Origin: Deltaproteobacteria bacterium
GTDB lineage: Bacteria > Desulfobacterota > Binatia > UBA12015
Reading direction: 5' to 3'
Assembly (NCBI GenBank): GCA_046583355.1
Contig: JAYGCM010000057.1
Coordinates: forward strand, 37,887-101,886
Length of the DNA stretch: 64,000 bases
Part shown: in pieces, positions 39,538-49,657 of the stretch
Numbering within the stretch: the first letter of the stretch is position 1
How the letters are laid out: every line of letters begins with the position of its first letter
Translations under genes and position numbers: made by a program
Notes under the pieces: model-generated
What the model was told of the DNA's origin: nothing
The model's database searches: none
Seen by the model: only the letters and a program-made list of their open reading frames with translations

Positions 39538-40626
39538 ATGAAGGCAGTCGTCTTTCGCGGTGAAGGAAAATACGGAGTCGAAGAGGTCCAGCTGGATCCG
39601 CCCCAAGCGGGCGAAGTTCGCATCAAGATGGGCGCCACCGGCGTCTGTCACTCGGACCTCTCGGTCATCAATGGCGTGCTGCCTCTGGCGCCGCCGCTGA
39701 TCCTCGGTCACGAAGGTGCCGGGACCATTGCCGAACTCGGCGACGGCGTCGCCGACCTCGCCGTCGGCGACGCGGTGATTCTCTCCTTCATTCCGCAATG
39801 CGGAACCTGCAAGGAATGCCGCAACGGCCGTTACGTCTATTGTGAGACCAACCAGCCGCATGGCAAAATGCTCGACGGCACCGCCCGCGCACATGATGCC
39901 GACGGCGAGGAACTCGGCGTGATGCAATTCCTCGGCTGCATGGCCGAAGAAGCCATCGTCCCGGCGAGCTCGTGCGTCAAGGTCGACGGCTCGGTCCCCA
40001 TGGACCGCTGCGCCCTGGTCGGCTGCGGTGTGACCACCGGCGTCGGCGCCGTATTCAATACGGCCGGGGTGACGCCGGGCTCGACCGTCGCGGTCTTCGG
40101 TTGCGGCGGCATCGGCCTCTCGATCATCCAGGGCGCGAAGCTCGCGGGTGCCAAGCAAATCATTGCGATCGACCTTGCCGACAACAAGCTGGAGATGGCC
40201 AAGAGCTTCGGTGCGACCGATACCATCAACGGCGAAGACGGCATGGCCGTCATGAAGATCCACGAGCTCACCGGTGGCGGTGCCGATTTCGCCTTCGAAG
40301 CCGTCGGCGTACCCGCCTTGATGTCGCAGACCTATGACTGCGTCCGCCGCGGCGGCACGGCCACCATCGTCGGTGTCGGCAGCCTGACGGATAGCTTCCC
40401 TATCAATGCGTTGATGGTGTCGATGTCCGGCAAGGTGCTCAAGGGCAGCATGTACGGCGATGCCAACCCGCATGTCGACTTCCCGATGCTCCTGGACCTC
40501 TACCGCCAGGGCAAGCTGAACCTGGACGATATGATCAGCTCGACCTATTCGATCGACGAGGCCGTGAAGGCCTTCGAGGATATGGAATCGAACAAAAACG
40601 CTCGCGGCGTCATCGTCTACGAGTAG
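39538..40626 (+). CDS. Zn-dependent alcohol dehydrogenase (class III-like)
   Basis: GVCHSD, GHEGAG, CGTCKEC..C, GCGVTTG, FGCGGIG. AAAGGAG RBS. Confidence 0.95.
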   Translation: MKAVVFRGEGKYGVEEVQLDPPQAGEVRIKMGATGVCHSDLSVINGVLPLAPPLILGHEGAGTIAELGDGVADLAVGDAVILSFIPQCGTCKECRNGRYVYCETNQPHGKMLDGTARAHDADGEELGVMQFLGCMAEEAIVPASSCVKVDGSVPMDRCALVGCGVTTGVGAVFNTAGVTPGSTVAVFGCGGIGLSIIQGAKLAGAKQIIAIDLADNKLEMAKSFGATDTINGEDGMAVMKIHELTGGGADFAFEAVGVPALMSQTYDCVRRGGTATIVGVGSLTDSFPINALMVSMSGKVLKGSMYGDANPHVDFPMLLDLYRQGKLNLDDMISSTYSIDEAVKAFEDMESNKNARGVIVYE

Positions 40627-40655
40627 CCTTCCCGCAACGCCTCCGGGCCGAGCCG

Positions 40656-40690
40656 AAGAGCCGTCACCCTTGGGTGGCGGCTCTTTTTTT
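40656..40690 (+). terminator. Rho-independent terminator
   Basis: AAGAGCCGTCACCC-tt-GGGTGGCGGCTCTT stem followed by a T-run, just after the ADH stop. Confidence 0.88.
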
Positions 40691-40708
40691 GGCGCTGCTG
40701 CCGGCCTC

Positions 40709-41551
40709 TTAGAGATTCAGGCCGAGGCCGAAGATAACCGCGAGCGCCATCGTGACCAGCACGAATAGGGGCAGTAAAACGGCGAAGATCACACGCGGGA
40801 CCGAGGTCTCTTGTGCCGCCGAAAGGCCGATGATCTGGACGATCAGCCCACCCCAGACAAAGACCAGAATCGGTCCGAGAACGGGCAGCAGACCCAGAAC
40901 CGAAGCCGCGCCGGAGCTGTAGCAGGAGACCCGAAAGGTCGTCTCGAAGGGGTGATTCGCGCCGCCCACGAGCAGCAAGCAGAGGTGCGTGATCCCCGCG
41001 CCGAGGAACTGCCCCGCGACCACGAAGAAGGGATAGAAGAAAACATAACTCATCCCGAGAAGAGTCGTATTCATCCCCCCCTCAAAGCCGCCCATGCTTC
41101 CGCCGAGGTCGAAATTGCCGGCGAAATCGAGCTCCGCACCGCGGAAAAGAAGGGTCGAGACGATGACCACCGGCCATCCGACCACCAGCATGAAGAAGAT
41201 CGGCGTGCCGAAGCCGCCACTGCGGCGCATGGTCGCGAAGGTCTCACGCGGCCGCGTCAGGACGAGGCTGATGGTCGTAAAGAGGCCGATCAGGAAGCCA
41301 AGTTCGGCGCGTTCCTCAAAGGGCGGGCCGGATTCCGCCACCGGACCCGCCTGGCCAAGCGGAGGCGGCCCACCCGCCGCAGCCGGTGGCATGAATTCCG
41401 CCATCGACTCGAGCGGGCACCAATCGGCCATGCCTTCGGCCCAGGCCAAATCCCCCGGAAGGAAGCGGCCGGTCAAGAGCCCTTCGCGAATCTCATGCTC
41501 GGGGAAAACGCCCAGCGCTTCCCCGTCTCGACCCAGATGAAAATCCGCCAT
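40709..41551 (-). CDS. GYF_2 (DUF4339) + Yip1-domain membrane protein
   Basis: GVF...IREGL.TGRF...DLAWAEGMADWCPL, a Pro-rich linker, then a Yip1-like 5-TM domain (FETTFRVSCYS). Confidence 0.8.
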   Translation of the reverse strand: MADFHLGRDGEALGVFPEHEIREGLLTGRFLPGDLAWAEGMADWCPLESMAEFMPPAAAGGPPPLGQAGPVAESGPPFEERAELGFLIGLFTTISLVLTRPRETFATMRRSGGFGTPIFFMLVVGWPVVIVSTLLFRGAELDFAGNFDLGGSMGGFEGGMNTTLLGMSYVFFYPFFVVAGQFLGAGITHLCLLLVGGANHPFETTFRVSCYSSGAASVLGLLPVLGPILVFVWGGLIVQIIGLSAAQETSVPRVIFAVLLPLFVLVTMALAVIFGLGLNL

Positions 41552-41772
41552 CAGAACTCCGTTCCGCCCTCAGGCGCGACCTCAACCACGGCACCGCGCA
41601 CAAGAACCGGCACGATACTCTTCCCCTTGGTGAGCTTGAGAAACTCCGTCAAAGCCTGCGGCGTCACCAGCAGATCTACCTCTTCGACCAACACGCCCTC
41701 GGCCGCAAGCCGCGCCCGAAGACGCTGCGAATGCGGGCATCCCGTTCGCGTATAAAGAAGCGCTCTCCCCAC
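41551..41772 (-). CDS. Small glutaredoxin-like protein (CPHS motif)
   Basis: LLYTRTGCPHS...VEEVDL...IVPVLV.G..VEV. Start uncertain: GTG 41772 or ATG 41823. Confidence 0.75.
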   Translation of the reverse strand: MGRALLYTRTGCPHSQRLRARLAAEGVLVEEVDLLVTPQALTEFLKLTKGKSIVPVLVRGAVVEVAPEGGTEF

Positions 41773-41865
41773 CTTCCGACGACGATAGACCGCGACGCCC
41801 CAAGTCGCCAGCCTTATCCTCATTTCGGCGCCGCGCGGCAGCCATCCCTGGCCCCGGAACAAAGA

Positions 41866-42429
41866 TCAGCGATAGCCTCGCCACCGGCCGCGCAAGCGCA
41901 GCCAGCCGTTCGAGACCAGCAGAACCGCCAATGCCGCCACTGACACCAGAGGCATCCGAAGAACCTTGGCGGCGAAACGACGCAGCGAACCAAGAGACGA
42001 ATTCCCGGCCCCGAAGATCCCCAGATGACTCGCGATGGCGGGCAGCCGCAGGAGAGTAACCGCACGGGCCTGCCCCTGATCGTCGAAGGCGACGATCGAT
42101 CGGGTGCGCAGGAGAAAAGGCAATAGGCGCAATTCGCTGGTCGCGCCGCCCACCCGAATCGCGACGACATCATAAAGCTCCCGGCGCAGCTCGGGAAGCA
42201 AGGCGTAGCGCTCCTCCCAGCGAGCTACTCGCACGCGGGCGACATCGAGCGTCTCGCGCAGGTCCGCATCGGACTCGCGGAGCAGAATATCAATCCGCGC
42301 CTCGCCGAAAAGCCCGCGCACCCGCTCGGTCAGATCCGCCATGGAGCTACCCTCGCCGGTCTGCACGATCAGCACCCGCGCCACCCCCAAGAGCGGAATC
42401 GGGCGCAGGAAGGTGAGCAGATTACTCAT
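41866..42429 (-). CDS. Hypothetical protein associated with glycosyltransferase operon
   Basis: MSNLLTFLRPIPL..ARVLIVQTG...; overlaps the upstream GT stop, has a GGAGG RBS and a C-terminal TM segment. Confidence 0.7.
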   Translation of the reverse strand: MSNLLTFLRPIPLLGVARVLIVQTGEGSSMADLTERVRGLFGEARIDILLRESDADLRETLDVARVRVARWEERYALLPELRRELYDVVAIRVGGATSELRLLPFLLRTRSIVAFDDQGQARAVTLLRLPAIASHLGIFGAGNSSLGSLRRFAAKVLRMPLVSVAALAVLLVSNGWLRLRGRWRGYR

Positions 42430-45400
42430 GGCCCTCCTCCCAGCCATAGGCGTTGAAGAGCCGCTGGCCGAGCAGCGGCCAATCATAATTGGCGGCAACA
42501 AAGCGCCGCGCCGCCTCGACCTGCGCCCGCCGCCGGACCGGGTCGCGCAATAACCCGACGACCGCGTCCGCAAAGGCCTGCGCATCGTCGGCCAGCGCCA
42601 CCGCCGAGGCGTCAGCGCCGAGGCCCTCGGCACCGATCGTCGTCGAGACGACAGCCGTACCGCTCGCCATGGCCTCGAGAATTTTCAACCGCGTGCCGGA
42701 GCCGCGCAATACCGGAGCGACAAAGACCGGCGCGGCGCGATATTCCGGCCCCGTCTCTGGCACCCGCCCGCTCACCTCCACATGCGGATCGGCCGCAGCC
42801 AGATCGAGGATCGGTGCCGGTGGATACGCGCCGACAATCCGGAATTTCGCCTCCGGAATCTCTTCGCGCACCCGCGGCAGAACCTCCTGGGCGAAATACA
42901 GCGCTGCTTCGACATTCGGCTCATGGCGGTAGAAGCCGACGAAGAGAATGCAGGGCTCGGGTGTCTCCGCGGGCGCAAAGAAAAATGACTCGCAATCGAC
43001 CCCATTGGGCACGACATGGAGCCGGCTGCGGTCGACATAGTTCGCCAATACATCACGGTCGATATCGCTCATCAGGATTGTGCGATCAGCGGCTTCGACG
43101 GCATGGATCTCGTGGCGAAAAGTCCGCAGCCCGTCCATCCAGAGGCCGAGCCAACGCAGCCAGGAGCCCGGCAGGCCGCGCGCGCGCGCCAGCGCCACAA
43201 AGCTCACATCATGTTCGACCAGCACGCGCCGCACACCGTCGGTCGCCGGCGGCAGAAAATGCGCCATATGGGTGTACTCGACCTGCACGATATCGAAGGA
43301 GCGGCGCTCCATCCATTCAAAAATCTCGTCAGTGAGGCGCGGCGAGTGGAAACCACGCAACTTGCCCGGAGCGAGCCAGCCGCCACCGCGGCTATCCGGA
43401 TCGCGCCGGATCAGCACGACGTCGCGGCAGAGGAGGCCGAGCTCGCGCAGGCTCTCGGCGTCGGTCTCGGCATCCGTATCGGCCAGTGAGAGGAGCGTGA
43501 TATCGGCCCGTTTTACCGTCTCCCGCAGAAGGTTCGAGATCCGCACGGCGCCACCATGCAGCGCCGGCACCGGACTCCAGGGCGAAATCACCAGAACCTG
43601 CGGACGCTCGGGCAGAGCGGGCTTGGGATGGAAGCGGCCCCGGTAGGCCGCGCGCGAACGCGAGAGCCGGAAGATATCGGCATCGGTCAGCGCGCGCTCG
43701 ACATTGCGTTCGCGTCGGCGCGCGGCGAGCACCGCCGGCAGCTGGCGAAAAAGTCCGCGCAGAGTCGCAAACCCAGCAGCTGGGCCGATCTCGCCCAACA
43801 CTCGCGTCGGCAGAATCGCCAGTCCAGCCAGATGCGGTAGCAGCAACCGCCAGGAGGAGACGTTTTTCCACACCAGCGCTGCCAGGTTCGTGACGAAAAA
43901 AGAGTGGATCGTCGCCTCGCTCCAGCGCCGCAGAGTCGTCCCACGATGTTTATGATGGACACGCGAGCGCGGCGCGAGCACGGAGGGCCAGCCGCGGCGC
44001 CAGGCGCGGTAGCCGAGGTCCGTATCCTCGATATAAACCGGCGAGAAAACCGCCTCGTCGAAACCACCGAGCGCGAGAAAACGGGCCCGATCATAGAGCG
44101 AGGCGCCGCCGCCGGCGAAGAAGACAGGGTAGAGAAGGTCGTCTTCAAAACGATCGAGGTGGAAGAGCCGCAGCGTGCCCCACTCGAAACGCGCGTGTAC
44201 CTTGCCGGTCTCCCAGCGAGGCTTGTTCCGGTCGATGAAATCGATCTGGGCGGAGACGCCAAAGAGGTCGGGCTCTTCCCCGAAGGCGTCGAGCAGAGGC
44301 TGAAGGAAATCTGGCTCGACGACCATATCGTTATTGAGCAGCAATAAGGCCGGGTTGCGCGCCTCCTGCGCGCCTCGATTGGTCGCACCGGCAAAGCCTT
44401 CGTTGCGCTCCATGCGCAAGCAACGCAACCAGGGCATCTCGCCCTGCAGCAAGTCGAGGTAGGCGATCGTATCGTCGTTGCTCGCATTGTCGACGACAAT
44501 CACCTCGTCGTCGGGGTGGCCGTGGGCGCGGATGGCCGCGGCCAGAGGCGGCAGGCTCATTTCGAGCAGATCGCGGCCATTCCAGGTCGGGATGACAATC
44601 GAGACCGGATCCGAGGGCGCGACCCCGGCATCCGGCAAGGCTGCGGAGACCGCCGCGCCGCGGCGCGGCAGAAGGTCCACCACAAGGAGTCCGAGTGCGA
44701 CGATCAGCGCCAGCGGCAGGCCGGCGAGAGCCAGCATCGCCAGCAGCATTCCCTGCACCAAGGCGCGTCCCGCATGCCGACTGAGTCGGCCCGCTCGCAG
44801 GACTTCCGAATAGAGCGAAAATGGCAGGCGACGGTGGTGCACGTCCGTGGGCGCGCTTTTCTGCACGGCCTCGCCAAGCCGCGCCTCCAGCTCGTCAATG
44901 CGTCTCTCGGTGGTGAGCAATCGCCCCGTGGCGGTCGCGAGCGCTACACGCAGGCCGTCGGCGTCCGCGATCGGATCCCCATCAAGCACCGCGAGAGTCG
45001 GCGAGTCGGTGTCGCCGGGCAAAACCGGCAAGGTCGTATTATGCAGAAAGAGGAAGTCGTCCGGATCGGCCGCCGTCTCCTCCATCACGCCCGCGACCAG
45101 ATAGCGGGCGATGAACGCCGGATGGCAACCGGCGTGGTCGTCGCCTGTGGCGTAGCTTGTATGGCGCGTATGGACGCGAGGCCCGACTGCGGCGGCCGTG
45201 TCGTGCGTCACACGCAGGGAAATCTGGAAATCACGGCCGCGCGATGCGAGGATCGGGCGGAACTCGAAGCGCTGCCAGCCCTCGCGAATGACCTGCCCCA
45301 GCGGTGCCGTCACACGGGCAATCCGCTTGCCGCCGTGGCGCAACTCGAAACAAAGATTGCCGGCACCGGCGACATTCTCCGTGCGCAGCCAGATATCGAT

Positions 45401-46753
45401 TTGGGCGAGGCCATTGAAGGCGGCGCAGAAGCTCTGCCGGCACGCATGCCCTTCGCCCAGGCTCGGCGAGAACGCGGCCACCTGGCTGAAGAATTCATCG
45501 GCCACCAGCGCATCTTCCTTGGCCGGCGCATCCGCACGCGAGACGCCCGCGACCCAGGCCGAACGCCCGGCATCGCACGCCGGATGAGGGTCCGCACAGA
45601 AGTCGGCCAGCGGTTCCACGACGCGATCCCAGGCCAGTTCCTGGCGCATCGTCGCGAAGGCCTCTCGGCGAGCGGTGGTTTCGCCCTCATCGAGCAACGA
45701 CGCGATGGCCGACGCAATGGCGGCGCTCTCGCCCGGAGCAACGATCCGGCCGAGCCCGGCGGCGGCCACCCGCGCTGCCAGTTCGTCGCCTTCGGTGAGG
45801 ACCATCGGGCGGCCGCACCAGATGTAGTCGAGAACACGGGTACGGAAAGCGAATTCCGACTCGACACCGGGCCGATGCAGGCTCACCCCCACATCACATT
45901 CAGCAAGGTAGAGATGGCGCTGTTCGTAGGGCACCCAATCGAGAAAGAAGAAGGCTTCGCCTGCCGGGTCGAGGCGCGAGGCGAGCTCACGCGCTTCGCG
46001 TGCCACCTGCATCTCGCCGATCTCGGCATTGGGATGCCGCGCGCCCAGGAATACAGCCTTGACCTCCGGGCGTGTCTCGCGCAATTTCGCAACCGCGTGC
46101 ACCAGGGTGATCGGGTCGACCCAATTCCACATCCCACCCGCCCAGAGAACGATCTTGTCGGCAGCCCCGATACCCGCCGTTTCGCCGCGCAACACAGCCC
46201 GGCCGGGCGCGGGAGGCTCCTGCGGCAGGCCAAAGGGCACGATTCGCAAAAGGCGGCGCAACTCAGGGTCGTCGCGATAATTCGCGCGGTTCAGGCGCCC
46301 GGCCGAGGCCAGCATGCCGAGCCAGAAGCGACGCTGGATCGCGTTGGCGGCAAGAAAACAATCGCCGTTGGCGAGATGGTGCTGCAACCAGCGCAATGCC
46401 AGCAGCGCACGCGCGCCACCGCGGTCGAAGCGCTCGCCGAAAAAATCGAGGTTCGAGAGGATGAAAGGGTCGTAGAGGTCGACGACCAGCGGCTTATGCA
46501 GCGCCGTCATCAGCTCCATACCGCCGGGCAGAAAGACGGAATCCGTGGCTGCGGCCGCCGACCGCGGCACGCCACCCTCTTCCAAGGCGATCAGCTCGAC
46601 ACCGGAGTTCTCCGGCAATTCACTGCCCGCGGGCGCGGCGATCGTGACCTCGATGCCACGGCGCGCCACGGCGCGGGCCAACTCGAGCGAGCGGATGGCC
46701 GAGCCGGCCATCGAAGGACCGATACGATCCCAGCTGAGAAACAAGCTCCTCAT
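42422..46753 (-). CDS. Multi-domain glycosyltransferase GT4 - beta-domain - GT2 - GT4 (1443 aa)
   Basis: N-terminal GT4 (WAGGMWNWVDP, RTRVLDY), GT2 (VSIVIPTWNG, VVDNAS, GFAGATN, LLNND, YIEDTDLGYR) and C-terminal GT4 (VVPNGVD, FVG...PN, GSGTRLKILEAMA). Confidence 0.9.
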   Translation of the reverse strand: MRSLFLSWDRIGPSMAGSAIRSLELARAVARRGIEVTIAAPAGSELPENSGVELIALEEGGVPRSAAAATDSVFLPGGMELMTALHKPLVVDLYDPFILSNLDFFGERFDRGGARALLALRWLQHHLANGDCFLAANAIQRRFWLGMLASAGRLNRANYRDDPELRRLLRIVPFGLPQEPPAPGRAVLRGETAGIGAADKIVLWAGGMWNWVDPITLVHAVAKLRETRPEVKAVFLGARHPNAEIGEMQVAREARELASRLDPAGEAFFFLDWVPYEQRHLYLAECDVGVSLHRPGVESEFAFRTRVLDYIWCGRPMVLTEGDELAARVAAAGLGRIVAPGESAAIASAIASLLDEGETTARREAFATMRQELAWDRVVEPLADFCADPHPACDAGRSAWVAGVSRADAPAKEDALVADEFFSQVAAFSPSLGEGHACRQSFCAAFNGLAQIDIWLRTENVAGAGNLCFELRHGGKRIARVTAPLGQVIREGWQRFEFRPILASRGRDFQISLRVTHDTAAAVGPRVHTRHTSYATGDDHAGCHPAFIARYLVAGVMEETAADPDDFLFLHNTTLPVLPGDTDSPTLAVLDGDPIADADGLRVALATATGRLLTTERRIDELEARLGEAVQKSAPTDVHHRRLPFSLYSEVLRAGRLSRHAGRALVQGMLLAMLALAGLPLALIVALGLLVVDLLPRRGAAVSAALPDAGVAPSDPVSIVIPTWNGRDLLEMSLPPLAAAIRAHGHPDDEVIVVDNASNDDTIAYLDLLQGEMPWLRCLRMERNEGFAGATNRGAQEARNPALLLLNNDMVVEPDFLQPLLDAFGEEPDLFGVSAQIDFIDRNKPRWETGKVHARFEWGTLRLFHLDRFEDDLLYPVFFAGGGASLYDRARFLALGGFDEAVFSPVYIEDTDLGYRAWRRGWPSVLAPRSRVHHKHRGTTLRRWSEATIHSFFVTNLAALVWKNVSSWRLLLPHLAGLAILPTRVLGEIGPAAGFATLRGLFRQLPAVLAARRRERNVERALTDADIFRLSRSRAAYRGRFHPKPALPERPQVLVISPWSPVPALHGGAVRISNLLRETVKRADITLLSLADTDAETDAESLRELGLLCRDVVLIRRDPDSRGGGWLAPGKLRGFHSPRLTDEIFEWMERRSFDIVQVEYTHMAHFLPPATDGVRRVLVEHDVSFVALARARGLPGSWLRWLGLWMDGLRTFRHEIHAVEAADRTILMSDIDRDVLANYVDRSRLHVVPNGVDCESFFFAPAETPEPCILFVGFYRHEPNVEAALYFAQEVLPRVREEIPEAKFRIVGAYPPAPILDLAAADPHVEVSGRVPETGPEYRAAPVFVAPVLRGSGTRLKILEAMASGTAVVSTTIGAEGLGADASAVALADDAQAFADAVVGLLRDPVRRRAQVEAARRFVAANYDWPLLGQRLFNAYGWEEGHE

Positions 46754-49548
46754 CGCGGCGACTCGGCAAAGGTTCGCAAAGAGAGCATCTCGCCTTCACA
46801 ACTCTGCTGGCCGATCTTCAGTCCGCCGCGTCTATCCGGCGCGCGCCAGAGCAAGACCTCGTTGCCGGGCGCGGCGCCGCGGCTGCGCACGCAGATGGTC
46901 AACTCCTCGGGCGCCGTGCCGTCTGCCGACGCGGCAAGCTCGACACCGACAAAGGCGCGGTCGACCAACTCCTCGGCGCGAATCTCGCGCCCGCCGCGCA
47001 ATTGCCCGGTGCGGTCGCGGACCTCGACCTCGATGATATGCTGGTTGCGGCGCGCGTAGGTGCCGAAACGTAAATCCACCCGGCGCAACTCGTTGCCGCG
47101 ACAGAGAATCTCTTGGCGAAAAGGCGCGTCGTCGCGCAATGGCTCGCCGCTTTGCGCACGCAATTGGCAGGCGTCATAGAAAAGATCGGCCGGCTCCAGA
47201 GCCACATCGGCCGCAGCGCCAGCCTCCATCGCAATCGCTTCAGGCACGACGGCCTCCGAGGCGGGTACGCGGATAAGAATCTCCTCGAGAACATCGCCCC
47301 ATAGCGGCGCTACAGCAAGCGTATCGTAGCTGCGGCGCACCATCGCGCCGGCGGCCGCGCCAAGCGCACGACAGCGCTCCTGATCTCCGCCCAAATGCAC
47401 CAGAGCTTCCTCCCATGCCACGCTGCCATCCGCCAGCCGCGCCAGACGTCCGTCGTCGCTAGCGGCGACAAGGGCGGGAAAGGGACTGCCAAGAGTCGGT
47501 ACGCCAACCAAGGATGCCTCGAGAAATTTCACCGCGCTTTTGGCGCAGTTGAAATGGTTCTCCGTGACCAGAGGGGCCAGGTTCAGATCCACGCCGGCCA
47601 GCAGCGCCGGCAGGTCACTCCAGCCGACCAACTCGTGGCGTAGGATGCGCTCGGCAAAGCCCACCAACTCCGCCGGCAGGGCGACCGGGCCGCCCAGCAC
47701 CAGTGTAAGTTCCGGAATCGCTGCCAGCGTACCCGCCAATGCCTTGGCTATCCGCTGGAGGTCGGCGTCATGCGTAGCGGTCCCCGTGAAGAACCCCAGC
47801 ACTGGTGCGCTACGCGGCAATGCGACGACCTGATCGGCGCAAGCCAGCTGCGCCTTGCCCACCACATTGGCAATGGTGAAGGCCGGCAGGCCGAGCGATT
47901 CGGCCGCATCTGCCAGCTCCGGCGTCGAGCCGATGAAGGCATCGCAGAGCGCTGCGCAGCGCGCATAGGCTCGATTGATGGCAGAGAACCCGCGCGCCAT
48001 GACCGGATCGCCAGCAGCCAGCGCCGGTGCGTCACTCCCCAAATCCGGATGGAAAATCAGATCATCCACAGCAAAGACGACACGCAGGCCGCGACGGCGC
48101 GCCGCCGCCACCGCTTGCGCCACGCTCTGGCTGAAGGGCGTGCGAAAGAGAATCAGCAGGTCGGCCTGCTCGACTTCGGCCACCGCCCGCGGGTCGGCAT
48201 GAAAAAGAACACGGCTATGGACGCCGAGCGCGGCCAGCGATTCCGCAGCGTGATGGACGCGGTAGCGCAGCGGCGCCAGGTCGCAGCCACAAAGAAAGAG
48301 TACCCGCGTTCCGTGCAGAACCGGCCGCGCACGCGGCAGGCGTCGCCGAACCGCCGTGCGAACCACATCACGATAGATCTCCAATGTCTCGGCGCTCTGC
48401 TCCGCGAGCGAGCGGAACTCCCGCGCGCTTGCTCGCGCGGCTGTCGCAAACGAGGCCAGCTGGCCGCGGTCCGATGCCAAGCCCCGCAGCACCGCGGCTA
48501 GCGCGGCGGCGTCGCCCGCCTCTACAATCCGCCCGTTACGGCCATCCTCGATGACCTCCTGCGGGCCACCGCAATCGGTGGCGACAACCGCGACGCCATG
48601 CGCCATCGCCTCACGCGTGACCAGCGAGAAAGACTCTCGCATGCGCGAGGGAACGACCAGGACATCGGCCGCGGCAAGCCGCGCACCGAGTTCCGCGCCA
48701 CCAAAAGCAGGTGCCCGATGAAGGTCGCGCCGCGCCGGCACGGATTCGTCCAGCGTCGCATGCAATATAAAATCACAAATGCCTTCGGGAATCGTCTCGA
48801 CCGCCGCCAGCAAATCGCCGAGTCCCTTCGCACGATTTCCCGCACCGCCGAAGAACGCAACTCGCAGGGGCTGCTCGGGCGACAAAACGCCCGGGCGCTC
48901 GGCTATGAATTCGGGAAAATCGATGCCATTGGGCGAGACAAGGATTCCATCGACCGGCCAGCCGCTGCGTTGCAGGTCGTCGCGAAGGAAGGCCGAGGGA
49001 ACGAGCACTCGGTCGGCGAGAGACCATGCGGCGCGCAGCACCTCCTGGCGGCGTGCGAAATCAACCTCCGGGCAGGCCGCACATCCGGTGGCCGGAAGCG
49101 GCGACGGGCAGATCGCCAAGCTCGGTGTGAGACGAAAGAGGCACGGACAAAGCCACCACCAATCGTGCAGCGTGAGCACGACAGGAACCTTGCGCTCGGC
49201 AGCCGCTTCGAGCGGCCCCACGCCGAGCCCCTGCAAGCCGTGCAAATGCAAAACGTCCGGGCGAAACGCATCGAGAAAGGCGGCGCAACCGGCACGCGCC
49301 GCCTCATTGCGGTAGCCTTCGGCCGAGAAAGGAGCGAGAGCGCCGCCGACATTCACCCGCCACAACGGCCCGCCGTCGACCTCCTCTTTGGCGATCTCCC
49401 CAAGCGGCACCTCCGCGCTGGCACGGCCGGCGAAGATCGAAACCGAATGCCCCGCGCGCCTTGCGGAGGCCGCAAGCCGGCGGCATACCTGGATAGCGCC
49501 GCCATAGAAATCGGGCGCGTAGAGCGGAGCTGCCATCGCAATATGCAT
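46750..49548 (-). CDS. Tandem GT4-GT4 glycosyltransferase with C-terminal beta-domain (932 aa)
   Basis: LTLHDWWWLCP and ESFSLVTREAMAHG; second module LRYRV, VDDLIF, DLNLAPL...FN.AKS.VKFLEA. Confidence 0.88.
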   Translation of the reverse strand: MHIAMAAPLYAPDFYGGAIQVCRRLAASARRAGHSVSIFAGRASAEVPLGEIAKEEVDGGPLWRVNVGGALAPFSAEGYRNEAARAGCAAFLDAFRPDVLHLHGLQGLGVGPLEAAAERKVPVVLTLHDWWWLCPCLFRLTPSLAICPSPLPATGCAACPEVDFARRQEVLRAAWSLADRVLVPSAFLRDDLQRSGWPVDGILVSPNGIDFPEFIAERPGVLSPEQPLRVAFFGGAGNRAKGLGDLLAAVETIPEGICDFILHATLDESVPARRDLHRAPAFGGAELGARLAAADVLVVPSRMRESFSLVTREAMAHGVAVVATDCGGPQEVIEDGRNGRIVEAGDAAALAAVLRGLASDRGQLASFATAARASAREFRSLAEQSAETLEIYRDVVRTAVRRRLPRARPVLHGTRVLFLCGCDLAPLRYRVHHAAESLAALGVHSRVLFHADPRAVAEVEQADLLILFRTPFSQSVAQAVAAARRRGLRVVFAVDDLIFHPDLGSDAPALAAGDPVMARGFSAINRAYARCAALCDAFIGSTPELADAAESLGLPAFTIANVVGKAQLACADQVVALPRSAPVLGFFTGTATHDADLQRIAKALAGTLAAIPELTLVLGGPVALPAELVGFAERILRHELVGWSDLPALLAGVDLNLAPLVTENHFNCAKSAVKFLEASLVGVPTLGSPFPALVAASDDGRLARLADGSVAWEEALVHLGGDQERCRALGAAAGAMVRRSYDTLAVAPLWGDVLEEILIRVPASEAVVPEAIAMEAGAAADVALEPADLFYDACQLRAQSGEPLRDDAPFRQEILCRGNELRRVDLRFGTYARRNQHIIEVEVRDRTGQLRGGREIRAEELVDRAFVGVELAASADGTAPEELTICVRSRGAAPGNEVLLWRAPDRRGGLKIGQQSCEGEMLSLRTFAESPR

Positions 49549-49657
49549 GAGAGGAGAAATGAGTCTTACGATTCGAATCTTGCCGACTCAACCTGGGCGG
49601 CGCCTCTGCGAGTGGCATAGCGTGGGCGCGGCCCATCCCATAGGATTCCGCACTGAG

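Noticed and set aside
44516..47059. 847-aa plus-strand ORF
   Set aside because: Antisense to the glycosyltransferases; no recognisable domain.
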